Shown here one piece after another: positions 38,197 to 52,029 of a DNA stretch of 64,000 nt. A program made the translations under genes and the position numbers. The stretch lies in NCBI RefSeq assembly GCF_009914755.1, contig NC_060936.1. One strand, given 5' to 3'. This stretch comes from the human T2T-CHM13v2.0 reference genome, Homo sapiens. The notes under the pieces are model-generated. The model had not been told where the DNA came from and did not search any database. It was given only the letters and a program-made list of their open reading frames with translations. Positions within the stretch are counted from its first letter, which is position 1. Each line of letters opens with the position of its first letter.

Positions 38197-40574
38197 AGCT
38201 AAAAATCTCAGCCAGGGTCCTGAGCTTTGGACTAGGATGACCAAGGCAAAAATCTGATGGATTCGGCTGTATCATTGTGAGTCAGGTGACATATGGGGTT
38301 TGCATTCATCCACAGGTGAGGCATCTGAAGGGTCAGAAGAGGTGCAGTAACTCCAGAGACTGTGAGCTGGAGAATTCTTAGATGGAGAGATGGAGACCCA
38401 GAAAGGGAGAGAGACAACCCAAGGCCACATAGACAGTAGGAGGCAGGTGACAATGGTCCTGGGGGAAGAGTTTCTGAGTGGGAAGTGAAGAGGTCTGAAT
38501 CCCAGCTCTGCGCCAACTGACTTAGTGGCCTTTAGCAAGTCCCATCTATAGAATGGGAGAGAAGTTACATATGATCACGAAGGACTTCTCCAGTGCAGCT
38601 TTTTATGGTTCCATTTTCTTTTCTAATTGGAGTAGCACTAAAGCCTTAATATATGTTGGCCTGTGCTCCAAGGTGGCCCTGCAGGACCCTGACCTGGGGA
38701 CCTTCCTGATCACCGTAGCTTGTGTATGCAGGGTGTTTACAGTGCCTGGCATTGTAATCAGACTTCACTTCCATTCTCTCACTGAATCCTTGTGACAGTC
38801 CTGTGAGTTAAGGGACCCCAGTCTCCACTTGACCCATGTGGACACTGAGGCTCAGAGAGATTCATTCACTTATCTAAAGTCACAGAGCCAGCGCATGGCA
38901 GAGCCCACGTCTCTCTGACCTCAAAGCCCGTGTTCTCAGCTACTCCTCCCGCTGCCTCCCCGCTCTGTCTTTCCCAGGTGGGGGTGATGCACGGTTTCAG
39001 GAACTCCTCGGAGGAAGCTTTCCCTTTTCTCTCCCTCTCATTTGTTAACCTGGAAATGGCATGCACCAGGCCAGGTCCATCCCCACAGGCCTGAGGATAG
39101 TAAACATGGGTTTATCAGTGAGGCTGAGGCTGGGCAGGCTTGGGTGACTGAATGGCTGGAGGGTCCCCTGCTAGGACAGTTAAAGGCAGACTACTCAACA
39201 GGACTGGGGGCTGAGCATGCTGGGCTCTGGATTTGCAGGTTCATAGAAAGCCCCTAAGCCTCCAGAGACAGTGGATCACCCACATTTCTTCCCCACTTGG
39301 CTAAGATGGCCCTGATTTCTGCCTCTAGAATATCTGTTTACACTCCAGTGTCCTGGGCTCTTTGCATTTTGAAAGCCTCCCTGGTGGGACAGGTAGAAAA
39401 GCTAGAATCTCTGGAACAATTAGATTAGTTTTAATTTTCACATAGCTCTTAGGTGTATCACCATCATAACTGCATGCCATTTACCCTGGGAACTCAACTC
39501 TCTGTAAAACACAATAAGAAAGTAGTCTGATTTAATTACTCCAGTGCCCATATCAGAAAAGAGCCAGCATTCCCTCACTCAGGGCCTGTTTACTCTTTCT
39601 CTGCACACCATTGTGATGAGCTCAGTGACCTGATTTCCCAGGCCCTATAGCACATAGAGGAAGCAAGTGATGAGACTGTAGAATGGTAGAGAGTGCACAG
39701 TGACAGCAGGCAGAAGCAACAGCTGACAGCCTGGGAACAAGGGTGAAGATGAAGAGATTACAAAACTACGAAGCATGGAAATAAAAGAATGACAGCTTGG
39801 GGGAATTTAGTGTAGTGGTCCAACAACCTCATCCCGTAACTTCTGTCCAGCTGAATGTTATAGGACACTGAAATGGCCAGCCTCTGTGCTGGCCCCAAGA
39901 AATAGTTAAATCCTATTTAATAGGCAGGAGCAAGGGCAAGGAATAATTCATTGAATACAGTATTTGATCCCATGGCTAAACTAATAAATGTTTCTGTGTA
40001 GGTAGCCTCTGGTGTCTGAAAAATTCACGTACGTGGAACTCTTCATTTTTCACAATGTTGGATAAGTGACATCTAACTGTACCTAGACAGTGTCTGGTGT
40101 GTGATAGGTGCTCAAGAAATGAATATTCTTTGAAATCAGGCAAGTCTAGGTTCAGATCTTAGCCACTTAACAGCAGCCAATGGCTCCCTCTCAGCCTCAG
40201 TGGCATCCGCTATACACTGAGGACAGCTGTACATGAGCTACAACTGCTGCAGAAACCCAAAGCACCTTCTTGTCTGTGCATGGTAGAAGGAACAGCACCA
40301 CAGCCTGTCTCATGACATTTGCTTTCAACTTCTATATCTCATGTGGGAGGTGGGCACATGCAGAAACCAGGCTGGAGAGGACTCTGAGAAGTGAGGTTCT
40401 ATCGTTTGATGGCCAGCATGCGGGAAGACCCACCACTGGGACAGGACATTGGATGGAGTTGGGTGAGCCAGCCTGCCATAGATGCCCCGGCCTCAAAAAA
40501 ATACGATGGCATCTTCATACATGTCCAGTAGCTGGGTAAAAAGATGCCCCATTTAACTCTGTTGTGCCTTAGGA

Positions 40575-42530
40575 GTGAGGGCTAAGAACTTGGGCTTTGG
40601 GATTGAACAGGTTCACTTCCGATCCCAGCTCGGTAGCTTATAGGCTGTGTAATCTTGAGCAGGTTGCATGAGCTTATGGTGCCTCCATGTCCTCGTCTGT
40701 AAAATGGCAATAATACCTACCTCATAGGGTTCTTACAGGGATTCAATGAGATCATGCTTATGTAGAGTAAGTACTCAACAATGGTCATCTTAGCCAGAAG
40801 ATAAGTCATTTTCTCCAATGGGCATAACTAAGATTCTTCCTAGCACTAATGTGTCTGTGGGCATCTGTTCAGGACTCATGATGAATCAGTCATTTTCTGC
40901 CTCTTCACACCATCTGGGGCATCTCCAATAAGTTTTCTCTTTGAACTTCAGCTTCCTCTGCCATGAATGTTATTTAGTGATTTGCTTGATTCATAAACAT
41001 ATTTGTGCATCCATTCATTTATTTAACACTCCTTTATTAGGCACCTATTTCATTTCAGAGCTGCCAGGTCCTGTGCTGGGCCCTGGGAGATGAGCCCAAC
41101 TTGATAGACCTGGGTAGCAATGCCCCCTGGGAGGACAGAGGAGACACCTGGGTAATTGTCCTGGGAGGGCAGCAGGCTTCATGTTCACAGCTGTGCCTCT
41201 GCACCAAGGTGGGACTGGTGCATAGTAGACGCTCAATGTTTGTTGAGAGAATGAATGAATGAGTGTTCTGTGCTTAGCACCATCAGATGGGTGGATCCTA
41301 TTGCTATCTGAGCCCCAGAATTCTTGAGTCCCAGACTGAGAAGAGCAGCCTCAGCTTACCACCTTAGGAAAGAAAATAATGAAGGTGTGAGTTCCTGGAT
41401 CATTCCTTAGGCATTGGAGGTCTATCTCCAAATAAAATTTGATAGTTGCATGGGATGGAATTAATTGGGGGAAACATACTTTCAAACAAGAGAGAATTTA
41501 TGGCTGAATGACTTGTAGTAATTCTAGGAGGTGTTCTTCTTCTTGTTTCCATTTTTATGGAAGACTCCCTCACCAGCCCTTGTGAACTGGGGACTTGGAA
41601 CAGACCCAATGCCTGCACCTAGGAAGAGTTTTCCCAGCTCAGGTTCAGGTGGGGAGGAGATTAGGGTCCAGAGTAGTACATGCTGCAAAGTGAGCGAATT
41701 CGAAGCTGTGTAGTTTTGGAGTCACCAACATGGGCTGTAGACTGAAACTGCTTGGCTTCACAGCCCAGATCAGCCACTTGCACACTCTCTAACTTTGGAC
41801 AAGTGTCTTAACCCCTGTGCCTCAGTTTCTCATCTGTAAAATGGGGATAATAATAATGCATTCTCCAAGGGTTGCTATGAGTGTTTTATAAGTGAATTCA
41901 CATAGAAGCCCAGCACAATACCTAGCACATAGTAAATGCTCAGAACAATATTCATCATTATTAGTAGGGAGAGAACAAGCCCATATGAGGTTCTGAAATG
42001 TCAGAATGGGACATGGCAGGTTTTAAATAACAGAAACTCTCTCACACTGGCTGAAGCCAGTGGCGAGTGAGCAGGAACCTAGCTCAGCAGTGAAAAGCTG
42101 AGAAGAGGCACCAGGCTTGGGTTAGAGAGACCATCAGCTGATCACACAACCTTGGGCCACTGGCGTCACCTTTCTGTGCCTCAGTTTCCTCACCTGCAAA
42201 AGAGAGAGGGTGAGCTGATGTGTCTAGGATTGCTGTGAAGATGACGTGACCTTATGCATGGAGAGTTCTCAGCCCAGGGCAAGAACTCAGAAGGTACACG
42301 GGGTAGAATGATGGCATCATCCCGAGTCACGCCCAGGGTCAGCCTGCCTGGGTTTCAATCCTAGCTCTGCTGCTTCTCAGCTGAGTGGCCTTGGGCTGTG
42401 AGTTAACCACTCTTCGCCTCCGTTTCCTCGTTTTAAAACTGAGATACAAAACTGGAAGGGCTGAGTGAAGATTCAATGACCTAAAATGGCGCCTAGCATA
42501 TGGTACAGGTTACATAAGTGCCAGTTAGTA
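40575..42530 (+). mobile_element. Series of MIR copies (~40580-40790, 41720-41965, 42160-42290, 42300-42530) with L2 fragments
   Basis: Repeated GCCTCAGTTTC(C)TCATCTGTAAAATGG-type cores. Confidence 0.75.
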
Positions 42531-43164
42531 ACATAATGATTGTGATTGGGTGGCTTTTATTTCAGGTCTTGTCAGAGGTGAGCTACATCATAGAGTGGTG
42601 AGGCACCTCCTTACTGTCTATGAGCAGAGTGAAGAGGCATGGGGATTCTCTGGTCATCAGGGCCTCTCCCCATAATCCATCCTGGCATAGCTTTTACGGC
42701 AACCTGCTGCTCTGTCTGTCCGCCTGATTTTGGGCACTGGCTGATCATGAGAGGTAAACCTGTGTGTCACTCAAAAAGAACCAGGTAGTAGTAGCTGGGG
42801 GCCCACACAGCTTGTTCCTCAAGTGCTGGGGATTGAGGTGTCAGTGTCTTCTCCCCTGGACCGCCCAGATCTTCTGCCCTCACCCCTCATGATCCCCCAG
42901 CCAGGGGCCTTTCCTGCCCCCTGACCCCCTGCCAGCCCCTGCTACAGTCCTGAAGCCTTGGGCTGCTGTGATCACTGTCCCTGTGAGTGTGAACTTCAGC
43001 AGAGCAAGGCTGCCAGCTCTGGAAGGGGTCCCAGGGAGCAGCCGGCCAGCCCTCCCACCCCCTGGGCATCGTGGCAGAGCTGGGACTAGAACGTGGGCCT
43101 TTCACATCCTGATCCATGACAGGTCCTGCGGCCCCTTCGCTCCCATGCTGCTTTTCAGCGTGAG

Positions 43165-43950
43165 CGGATGAGTTCCCTATGGCTACGGGAAACAATGTCC
43201 ATAAAGGTAGTGGCTTGAGCAAGACAATCTTTACATTCTTTTCTTTTCTTTCTTTCTTTACTTGTTTCTTTATTTTTTAGAGATGGAGTCTGTATCACCC
43301 AGGCTGGAATGCAAGTGACACGATCATAGCTCACTGCAGCCTTGAATTCCTGGGCTCAGGTGATCCTTCCACCTTAGTCTCCCAAGTAGCTGAGACTTAC
43401 AGGCAAGTGCCATCACACCCAGCTAGTTTTTAAAAACTTTTTGTTCTTTTTTGTTTGTTTGTTTTTGTGATTTTTAAAAAATTTTTGAAGAGATAGAGTC
43501 TCACTATATTGCCTAGGCTGGTCCCGAACTCCTGGACTCAAGCGATGCTCCTGCCTTGGCCTCCTGAGTAGCTGGGACTACAGATGGCCACCACCATCCC
43601 CGGTTCTAAACAATACAAATTTACTATCTGCCAGTTCTGGAGGTTTGAAGTCTAAAATGGGTCAGCAGGGCTGGGTTCCTTTTGGAGGTTCGAGGGGGAG
43701 AATCCACTCTCTTACCTTTTCCAGCATTGGAGGGCTGCCCATATTCCTTGGTTCATAGCCCCAAGCCACTCTGATGTCTGCTTCCGTCATCACATCTTTG
43801 TCTCTGGCTGCGACTCTCCATCAGGACCCTGGTAATGACATTGGGCCTATTTGAGTAATCCAGGATAATCTCTCCATCCCAAAATCCTCCACTTAGTCAC
43901 ATCTGCAAAGTTTCTTTTACTAGGTAAATGTCTCATAGTCACAGGTTCCT
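43165..43950 (-). mobile_element. MLT1B/C-like LTR interrupted by an Alu
   Basis: CAGTTCTGGAGG...TAATCCAGGATAATCTC...CACATCTGCAAAG. Confidence 0.8.
43236..43605 (-). mobile_element. AluJ-type dimer with FLAM_A-like left monomer
   Basis: Both monomers carry (C/G)AAGTAGCTG(A/G)GACT-type 5' ends; expanded linker. Confidence 0.88.
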
Positions 43951-45018
43951 GCTTTTGGGGTCGGGGAGCTGGTATATGATGAAACTGGAATGTCCTCAGG
44001 GCCTTGTGAGCCCCTCCCAGCAGTGGGAAACCTTGTAAAGAGTTTAAGTAAAGTGGAGTTGAATGATTCCATTAAACCCTGGCCAGAGCAAGAAGAAGAA
44101 AGGCCTCCAAGCTGTCCCCGTCAACTTGAGATGGGAGCCTATTGAAATCCCTGCAAAGAGCAGAGAGAACAGGGTGATTTCAGCTTCATTATGCAAAACA
44201 CACAGCCTTCCAGGGAGAGGTGAGCTTTGGAGAAAAGAGTCAACAAATTAGTTTCTTAATCTGCTTTAAGTTGCTAAAATGCCCCCGTCTCCCTTCCTTT
44301 GTCACCTGATGGGCCTGTGGGCTATTTTAACTTTTATTAGAACATTTTTATTTTTTTATTAAAGGAGCTTTTCCTTTTTGAAAAACTAATCCCAGCTGTG
44401 TTTTGATAAGGTAGAATTAAAAATGGCACTGGGTAAATGCCACAGAAAGCTTTGATTTTTCTTCTTATGGCATCTGAACTGATTTAAATAACAATTATGT
44501 ATTTCATTTTTATGTAGCCTCCTCTACTCCCTCCCTGGCCTCCTCAAAACACCACAGGTACCTGCAGCTCTGAACACATGCTATTTCTAAAATCTCCAAC
44601 CCTCAGCTCCTGGAGGCAGAGGGACAGCCCTATAAGAGACCAAGATTTCTAACCCAGCAGCTTCAGGTGTAAGGCAGATCTCGCTCAAGTACAAGTGCTC
44701 CAGTTCACAGTTGTGTGGCCTTGGATAATTTACTTCAATCTCCTTGGCCTCTGATTCCTCATATACATGAGTAAAATAGAAATAATGATAGTGTTTGCAT
44801 TCATCTGGATTCTGTTGGTTGTAGGTGACAGAAAACCCAACTTAAACATCCTTACACTCTTTTATTCTCAGGCATAAAATGAAATTTATTGGCTTATAAA
44901 ACTAGCAACCTAGCTTCAGGCTTGGCTGGATCCAGGAGCTTGACATCTTACAGGTCTCTCTTTCTGGTCACCTCTCTCTTTTCCTTCCTTTCTCCTTCCT
45001 TCTCTCTCTCTCTCTCTA

Positions 45019-45318
45019 TTTTTTTATTTCTCTTTAGAGACAAGGTCTTGCTCTGTCACCCAGGCTGGAGTGCAGTGGTGCTGTCAAAGCTCACTGCCTC
45101 GACCTCCTAGGCTCAAGAGATACTCCTGCCTCAGCCTCCTTAGTAGCTGAGACTGTAGGTGGGTGCCACTGTGCCCGGCTAATTTTTAAAAAAATTTTTG
45201 CAGAGATGGAGTCTCGCTTTGTTACACAGGCTGGTCTCAAACTCCTCGCCTCAAGCGATCCTCCCACCTTGGCCTTTCAAAGTGATGGGATTATAGGTGT
45301 GAATCACCGCATCCAGCC
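45019..45318 (-). mobile_element. AluJ inside an MLT1K-like LTR (~44800-45660)
   Basis: Full antisense dimer; LTR begins GGTTGTAGGTGACAGAAAACCCAAC. Confidence 0.9.
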
Positions 45319-47719
45319 TCTCCGTCATGCTTCACCAATCTTTTGGCTCCCATTTTCTCTGTGTGGGCTTCATTTTAGACTAGCTATCTTCTTCTAAACA
45401 CAAATACCCATCAGTCTCTAACTACTTATATTGTGGCATCTGAAAGCCCAGTTCCAGCAATTCTGAAATTGAGACCTACAGCCTCCTGGCACCTGTCACA
45501 GTGACTAGGGAAATGATCGCTGCTGTTTGATCAGGTCAGGGTCATGTGATCAACCATGACACCTCTTTGGGGGAGGGGCATGAATTACTGTCTGTGGCTT
45601 CCTGAGCCACAAAGACCAATAGCTGGGGAGGGGGTGGGCCCCCAGTGGAAAATCAGAACCTAGTTAACCAAGGAAAGGGAAGAGATAACTGGTCAGACTA
45701 AAATGACTGGTCAACAAGCCATCTAGTCCCCATCTCAGAGCCTTGCTGTGAGGATGATATGAGATCAGGCATGCAAGGTACTTAGCACTGCCCCCAGCGT
45801 GCAATGTGCCTGGTAAATCACGCCTATTATGACTGATGTTACAATTGTGATTATTCTCAGCATGGTGATAATATAGGCCAGACAGGGGCCCGTCAGTATC
45901 CAGGGCGATGGGAGGCACTCCACATCCTGAAGACTCAACCTGAACATCCCACTAAACCCTGTGTAGCCTTGGATCAGTCACTTCCCTCCCATTTGGTTGA
46001 CAAAAGTGGCTGTTCCCTAGCAAGCCCCCAGCTCCTGTGTCAGTTTATCAGCGGAAAGCTGTGATGGCACCAGGGATGCAGGGGGGCGGTCACAAATCCA
46101 GATGCCTCCAGGACAGGTGGGTCCCATAGGCATGAGACAGGCAGGAGGACTATGGTGAGCCAGAGACCAAGTGCCCCATCCACGGGGCACAGCTTCTCCC
46201 AGCCCCAGCCCCAGCCTATTGTTGCCACACAAGAATGCCTGCCCAGGATGGTCCACATATCTTGATTTTTTTTTTTCCAAGAGAATTCCACTAATTCGGG
46301 CAATTTTAAAACCTAGGGCAGGCTAGATGAGTGTGTCTGTGAGCCCTGTTGGACCACTTCTTGTAAAGCCAAGTCTCCTCAGCATGTGGGACCCAGAGCC
46401 TGTACTGTCTGTACGTTGAGAGCTCGTGTTATGGATGACCTCAAAAGACACACCGGCCCATTGTTCTACAAACCTGGGTCATACGCGTTATGCATTCAGC
46501 ATCCTTTTTCATGGCCATGGGAGCACCTGTCTTCCTCTGAGCTGTGCCATTTGTAATAGGCTTTGAGGATGGAATTCAGCGAGAATGGCTGCTTCGAAGC
46601 AGTTCATTTTGCTGCCTGAGCTTATTAATGTTCTCTCTGATTTCCTGCTTCACACTATTGATTTCCTGGGATAAAACTCTCTCTGCAGAGGCTGAGAAGG
46701 TAATTCAGCTGTCGTCCTTATGTGTGCGAGAGGATTCTATCCTAGCTCTCTCCCAGTTTGTAGCTGTGTGTTGGAGAGCAACTCACTTCACCTCTCTGAG
46801 TCTCAGTTTTTTCATCCGTAGCATGGAGACCCTTGGAGCTCCTGCCTTCTAGGTGTCAGGAGCATGATAGGTACACAACAAAGCTTAGCTCCTCCTGTAA
46901 AACTGCAGCCCCAGCAGCCTGGTGAAAGGGAGTGAGATAATGATGCCTCTTATTGTGAGTGAGCACTCACTCCATACCAGGCCCTTTCCCAGCACAGCCT
47001 CCTTTACTCCCCCAGCAGCCCTGAGTGGTGGCTTTCCCATCACTGTCCTCTTTTTCACAGATGAGGAAACTCTGAGAGGCAAAGAGACCTGCCTAAGCTC
47101 GCACAACTCGGACATGGCAGAGCCAAGATTTGAACTCTGGCCTGCCTGAATCCAGGCCCTGCCTCTTGTGACAGGGCCTTGCATTTCAAGGGAACCGGTT
47201 TACATTTGCACTGGCTGCATCCATGAGCACCAAGGATCCCTGAGCAGTGAAATCCAGGCCCAGCTCTGCTACTCACTTACTATGTCATCTCAGGAGACTT
47301 TCTTGACCTCTCTGGGCCTTTGTTTCCCCCAGCTCCTTAAACACACCTTGCTGCCTCCCACCTCAGGACCTTTGCACATACTGTGCCCTTGCCCAGCATG
47401 CTTTGCCACTCAACCCCCACCCCTCTTCACCTAATTAACTGCAGCTCCTCCTTCAGGTCTTGGGTGAAGCATCACTTCTGGAAATTCCTCTGGGGCTCCC
47501 CTTGGCATGTGCTCTCCAAGCTCCACAGCATTCCTTAAGGCTTTGTGATTACAGCGTTGTGTGTTGATCTAACCAACCTGCAACCCCTCTACCGGACTGT
47601 CTGCTTTTGGGGGTCAGGGAACCAGCTGGGTCTTGTTCAGTAGGCTTCCCAGGCTAACATTCCAAGCCTGCCACATATGTACAACAAAACTGTGGAGTTA
47701 ATAGACGGAGTTCAAAGAG

Positions 47720-48395
47720 GCCTTAGGACCCTCATGCGCTGCTGGTGGGAGTGTGAATTGGTACAACTGCTTTGCAAAACTGTTCAGCAGTATTTATTTA
47801 GGCAGCACAATACATGCCCTATGACTCTGCTGTTTCATGTCAAGATATACACTCAACAGAAATCGGTATACACATTCTTTTATTGCTTTATAATACTCAT
47901 AACTGTGAAAAACAGGAACTGCTGAAATGTCCATTATGGTAGAATAGATAAGTAAAATAAGGTTTAGACATACCAAGGAATAGTACACAGCAGTGACAAT
48001 GAACAACCTACAGCTATAATCCATGAAAGGAGGCATTGTGCGAAAATAATGGTGAGTGAAAAAACCAGCTACAAAAGGGCACATACTACAGGATTCTTGT
48101 TATAAAATGCTCAAAAGAGAAGCTAAACTACATTATAGTGTTTAGGGATGCAGGCATGCTTTGGTGGAAACATAAAAACAAGGAAGAAATTACCACCATC
48201 GTCCTGAAGGTAGTTACCTCGACTGGAGAAGGAGGGGGGCATGTCATTGGAAGGGGTCTCAAGGTGCTGGCAGTGTTGTTTCTTGCCCTGGATGGGAGTT
48301 ACATGGGGTGTGCATTCATTGTGCAAACTGCACATCATTGTACATGATGCAAATTGTACATCTTTGTTTTATGTTATCTTCTGTATTGTGGTAAT
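47720..48395 (+). mobile_element. L1ME 3' region
   Basis: GCTGCTGGTGGGAGTGTGAATTGGTACAAC (CWWEC motif) through GAATAGTACACAGCAGTGACAATGAAC. Confidence 0.8.
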
Positions 48396-49235
48396 GAAAA
48401 ACATCCCTTCCATCCCCCAAGATAATTATCTTTGGGGGCCCCCATCCACCAGGACCATCATTGGTTGGGCTTTATGCACAGAGAGCATCCTCTGAAATCC
48501 TGTTTTAAGCCAAGTTACTCTGTAGTTGAGTGTGGGTGCGCCCCACTCTGTCCTGTCATTCCCCCAGGGGTTCAGATTTACATGTGTGAAAAGAACCAGA
48601 GCAGCTTTTGTCCTGGCACAGAGGCCACCTGCCTGGAGGATACAGTTAGCCCCTTTTCTCAGAACATGATAAGGATGGAGGATTGATTTCACCAGAAAGT
48701 ATTTTTAAAAGAAAATACGAAAGAAAAAGAAAACTAAAACCTGGGGAGAAGCATTTTCAGATACCTACTTTTGCAGGCCAGGGAGATAAACTGTCCCAGA
48801 TGGAGCTCAGGTGACAGGGCTGGGCAGGGATTTGAATCAGGACACAGGGCTCCAAGGTGGGGCAGCTGAGGCCCAGGCGTAGGGTGGGCTGGCGTCCAGG
48901 TTCAGGAGAACTAGGTCTTTGGACTCAAATGCTCCAAGTGTTCTCCAATGGCCTTGACCTCCCTTTCTGCACAGACTGACAGGTTGGCCTGGGCCCTGGC
49001 TAGAGAGCAGAGACGCTGTGATTTTTATAGGTCCTTCAAGCTCAAGTCAGGATGGATCAGGGTTAGGGTCTTCCAGAGGTTCCCAAAAGTCCGGCCAGTC
49101 CTTTTGGATTATTAACTCATTAACAATGAACTTCATCCATACATACAAAACATTTATACATCTCTTGCCATTTATTAAACAGATAGTAATTGAGCTTAGC
49201 TGGACCTAGACTCTGCTAAACATCAAGTATATAAT

Positions 49236-49346
49236 GAGAGTGACCAACTGGTTGCGGTTTGCCTAGGATTTTCCCACTTTTAGCACCGAATGTGTAACCG
49301 GCCTGGGAAACTGGATCCCAGGCAAACCTGGATGGTGGGTCACCCT
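49236..49346. mobile_element. MER81-like MITE, opposite orientation to the copy at 37818
   Basis: GAGTGACCAAC...GGGTCACCCT inverted termini. Confidence 0.7.
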
Positions 49347-49798
49347 GGAATGGTGAGCAAGAAGCTCTGATGCCCACCTGCACAGAGCTCAGGTGGAGGA
49401 GACAGGACATCACAGACCAGCATGCTCAGCAAGCACTTTGCTTGAGGAAGCTTCCTGGAGGAGGTGGCATCTGACCTGAGCCACTCAAGAGAAGCAGGGT
49501 CAGGCGGGGGTAGAGAGTGGAAAGGAGACGAAGACTGGGGAGCCTGCAGGGCTCATGTCATGGTAGGCCTTTGGGTCAGGGTGGGTGCTAACAGCCATTG
49601 GGAGCCATGTGGGCTTAGAGGTTAGAGAAGGGAATAGAGGTGTAAAATTTCTATTTAAAGACTCTCCTGGCTGCTGTGTAGGGAACAGGGGAGGGATTGG
49701 CAGGGGAAGGGAGGGTTACTAGCGGATATCAAGGGACGCTTGGATTGGGCTGCCCTACTCATTTATTCTTCTAGACACTCAGGTCAGAAATGTCAGGG

Positions 49799-50092
49799 AC
49801 AGCGGGTATGGTGGCTCATGCCTGTAATTCCAGCACTTTGGGAGGCTGAGGCAGGCTAATTGCTTGAGCTCAAAAGTTTGAGACCAGCCTGGGCAATGTG
49901 GCAGAACTCTGCCTCTACAAAAAAATTACAGAAATTAGCCGGGTGTGGTGTTGCACACCTGTAGTCCCAGCTTCTTGGGGAGCTGAGATGGGTCGAGGCT
50001 AAAGTGAGCTATGATCACACCACTGCACCCCAGCCTGGGAGACAAAGTGAGACCCTGTCTCAGAAAAAAAAAAAAGAAAAAAGAAAAGAAAA
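49799..50092 (+). mobile_element. AluJ with a ~20-bp deletion in the right arm
   Basis: GCTGAGATGG joins directly to GTCGAGGCT; A-rich tail. Confidence 0.9.
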
Positions 50093-50285
50093 TGACCATA
50101 CTCTTTCTCTCCTACCCTACATAAGATCTTTGGTAAATCCCATCACCATCACTTTCACCCCCTCCATCCCATTCCTGGCCTCTTCTACCACAGCTCTGTC
50201 TTTTCTCCATAACTCTTATCACCTTCAAATCCACCCTGTGAGTGACTTATTTATTTTGTTTCCTGCCTGTGTCTTCCCTCTAGAA

Positions 50286-50513
50286 CAGAGTTTTGCCATG
50301 TTGGCTTTATTGACATTTTGAGCTGGGTCATTCTTTGTGTGGCGTGGGGCCGACCTGTGCATTGTAGGATGTTGAGCAGCATCCCTGGCCCCCTACCCAG
50401 TAGATGCCAGTAGCATGATTTCTGTGACAACCAAAAGTCATCTCCAGACATTTGCCGAACACCCCCTGAGGTGGGGAAGGGGTGGCAAAACCACCCCCAT
50501 TTGAAAACCGCTG
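50286..50513. mobile_element. MER20 inserted into an L2 3' end
   Basis: TATTGACATTTTG...TGCATTGTAGGATGTTGAGCAGCATCCCTGGCC...TTGAAAACCGCTG; L2 continues to TTTGTTGAATGAAT at ~50615. Confidence 0.85.
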
Positions 50514-52029
50514 CACACAAAGCCTGGGATGTTTGCCTGTGTATTTGCCAATGTAGCCCCAGTACCTAGAAAGGGGCCTGGCTTTTGTGGTGCTCACTAC
50601 GTGTTTGTTGAATGAATAAGTGAGTGTGGTGTGAGGTGATGAGGCCTGGGCTGGGACAATGGCGGTGGGTAGTGTGGGAGGTAAGGGTTTTGGAAACAGT
50701 TCAGTGATAGAATCAATTAATAAATGGAATTATCATTATACTTATGATGGTGATCATTCTCATCCACTTCATTATCCTCTCCAGGGCTTGAATTCCTCTC
50801 ATCATATGATGGAGGAAGATCAGAGAGGTTAGGGGTAACATGATGTGAGTAAAAACCACTCAGTAATGAGTGGTAGAACCAGGCTGGAACCTAGGTCTTT
50901 GGAAGTCTTTGCAAGCGTTAGATGATGTCATACAGTAACAATGACTGCTGTTTATTGAGCTCTTACTAAGTGCCAGAAACCGGGCTAAACATTGTGTATG
51001 GATCACTTCACTGAAGCCCCTGACAATATCCTGTGATTACTGTTATCATCCCATTTTTACAAATGAGGCCTCTGAGGATCAGAGAGGTGGAGTGAGTTGC
51101 CCACAGTCACACAGCAGATGTGGAGCTGGGCATGTCTGACTCAGAGTCTGAGGCTGATTTCAAGGTGGGGGTCAAGGAGACACAACCCACCTTCAGGTAA
51201 TAGGCATCACCCCAATGTCCCTTTCCTTTCTGTTTAGTCAGCAGAGGAGACATGATCAAAGGATTCTCACTGGCGTGCTAATTATGGAAGGCTTCACTTT
51301 AGAGTGATTTGCAGGAAACCCTGTAAAATTCACAAAGACCCCTGGTCATGTGAAACCTCTTTGTCCTTAACCTTGATCTCCCTGGCCCAGTGGGATGGGC
51401 AGGGACTGAGCAGAGAATGGGACTGCGGGATTGCAACAGATTTGCAGTCAAGCTAAACATTGGGAAACCTCTGAGCAAATGGAGGGTCTTTTATTTCTTT
51501 TCACCCAAAGACAACAGAGACTCGATGTTAACTTAATTAAATGCTGGAATGGAAGCCAATCACAACACTGGCTTTGCAGTTTAAACAAACAACCAAACAG
51601 ACAAAAACTCCCTACATTTTACCACTCTCCCTTTTTGGAAATCTCCCCAGTAGGCCTGTCAGAAGCTTTCAGTATGCACCAACATCGGCCCCCACCAGCC
51701 AGGCCCCCATTCCTGTGATGAAAGTCCTGTTGAGGGCCCACTTGACAGATGAGGAAGCTGAGGCTGAGCCTTCAGTGCTCAGGCAGGGGGATGCTCTCTG
51801 GAGGCCAGAGTATTTTATTCACCACTACATATAGCCCCAACAAGATGGTGATGGTGTGACCATGATGTGTCCCCCACCCCGCCACACACACACAATTAGG
51901 CTGTGTGCTACTTATGCGGAAACTTGGTAAACAAGTATTTATTGAGCACCTGTTGTAGATACAACAGTGAACAAGACAGACCCAGTTCCTATCCCCTGGC
52001 TCTTACAACTTGATTTTAACAAACCCTTA

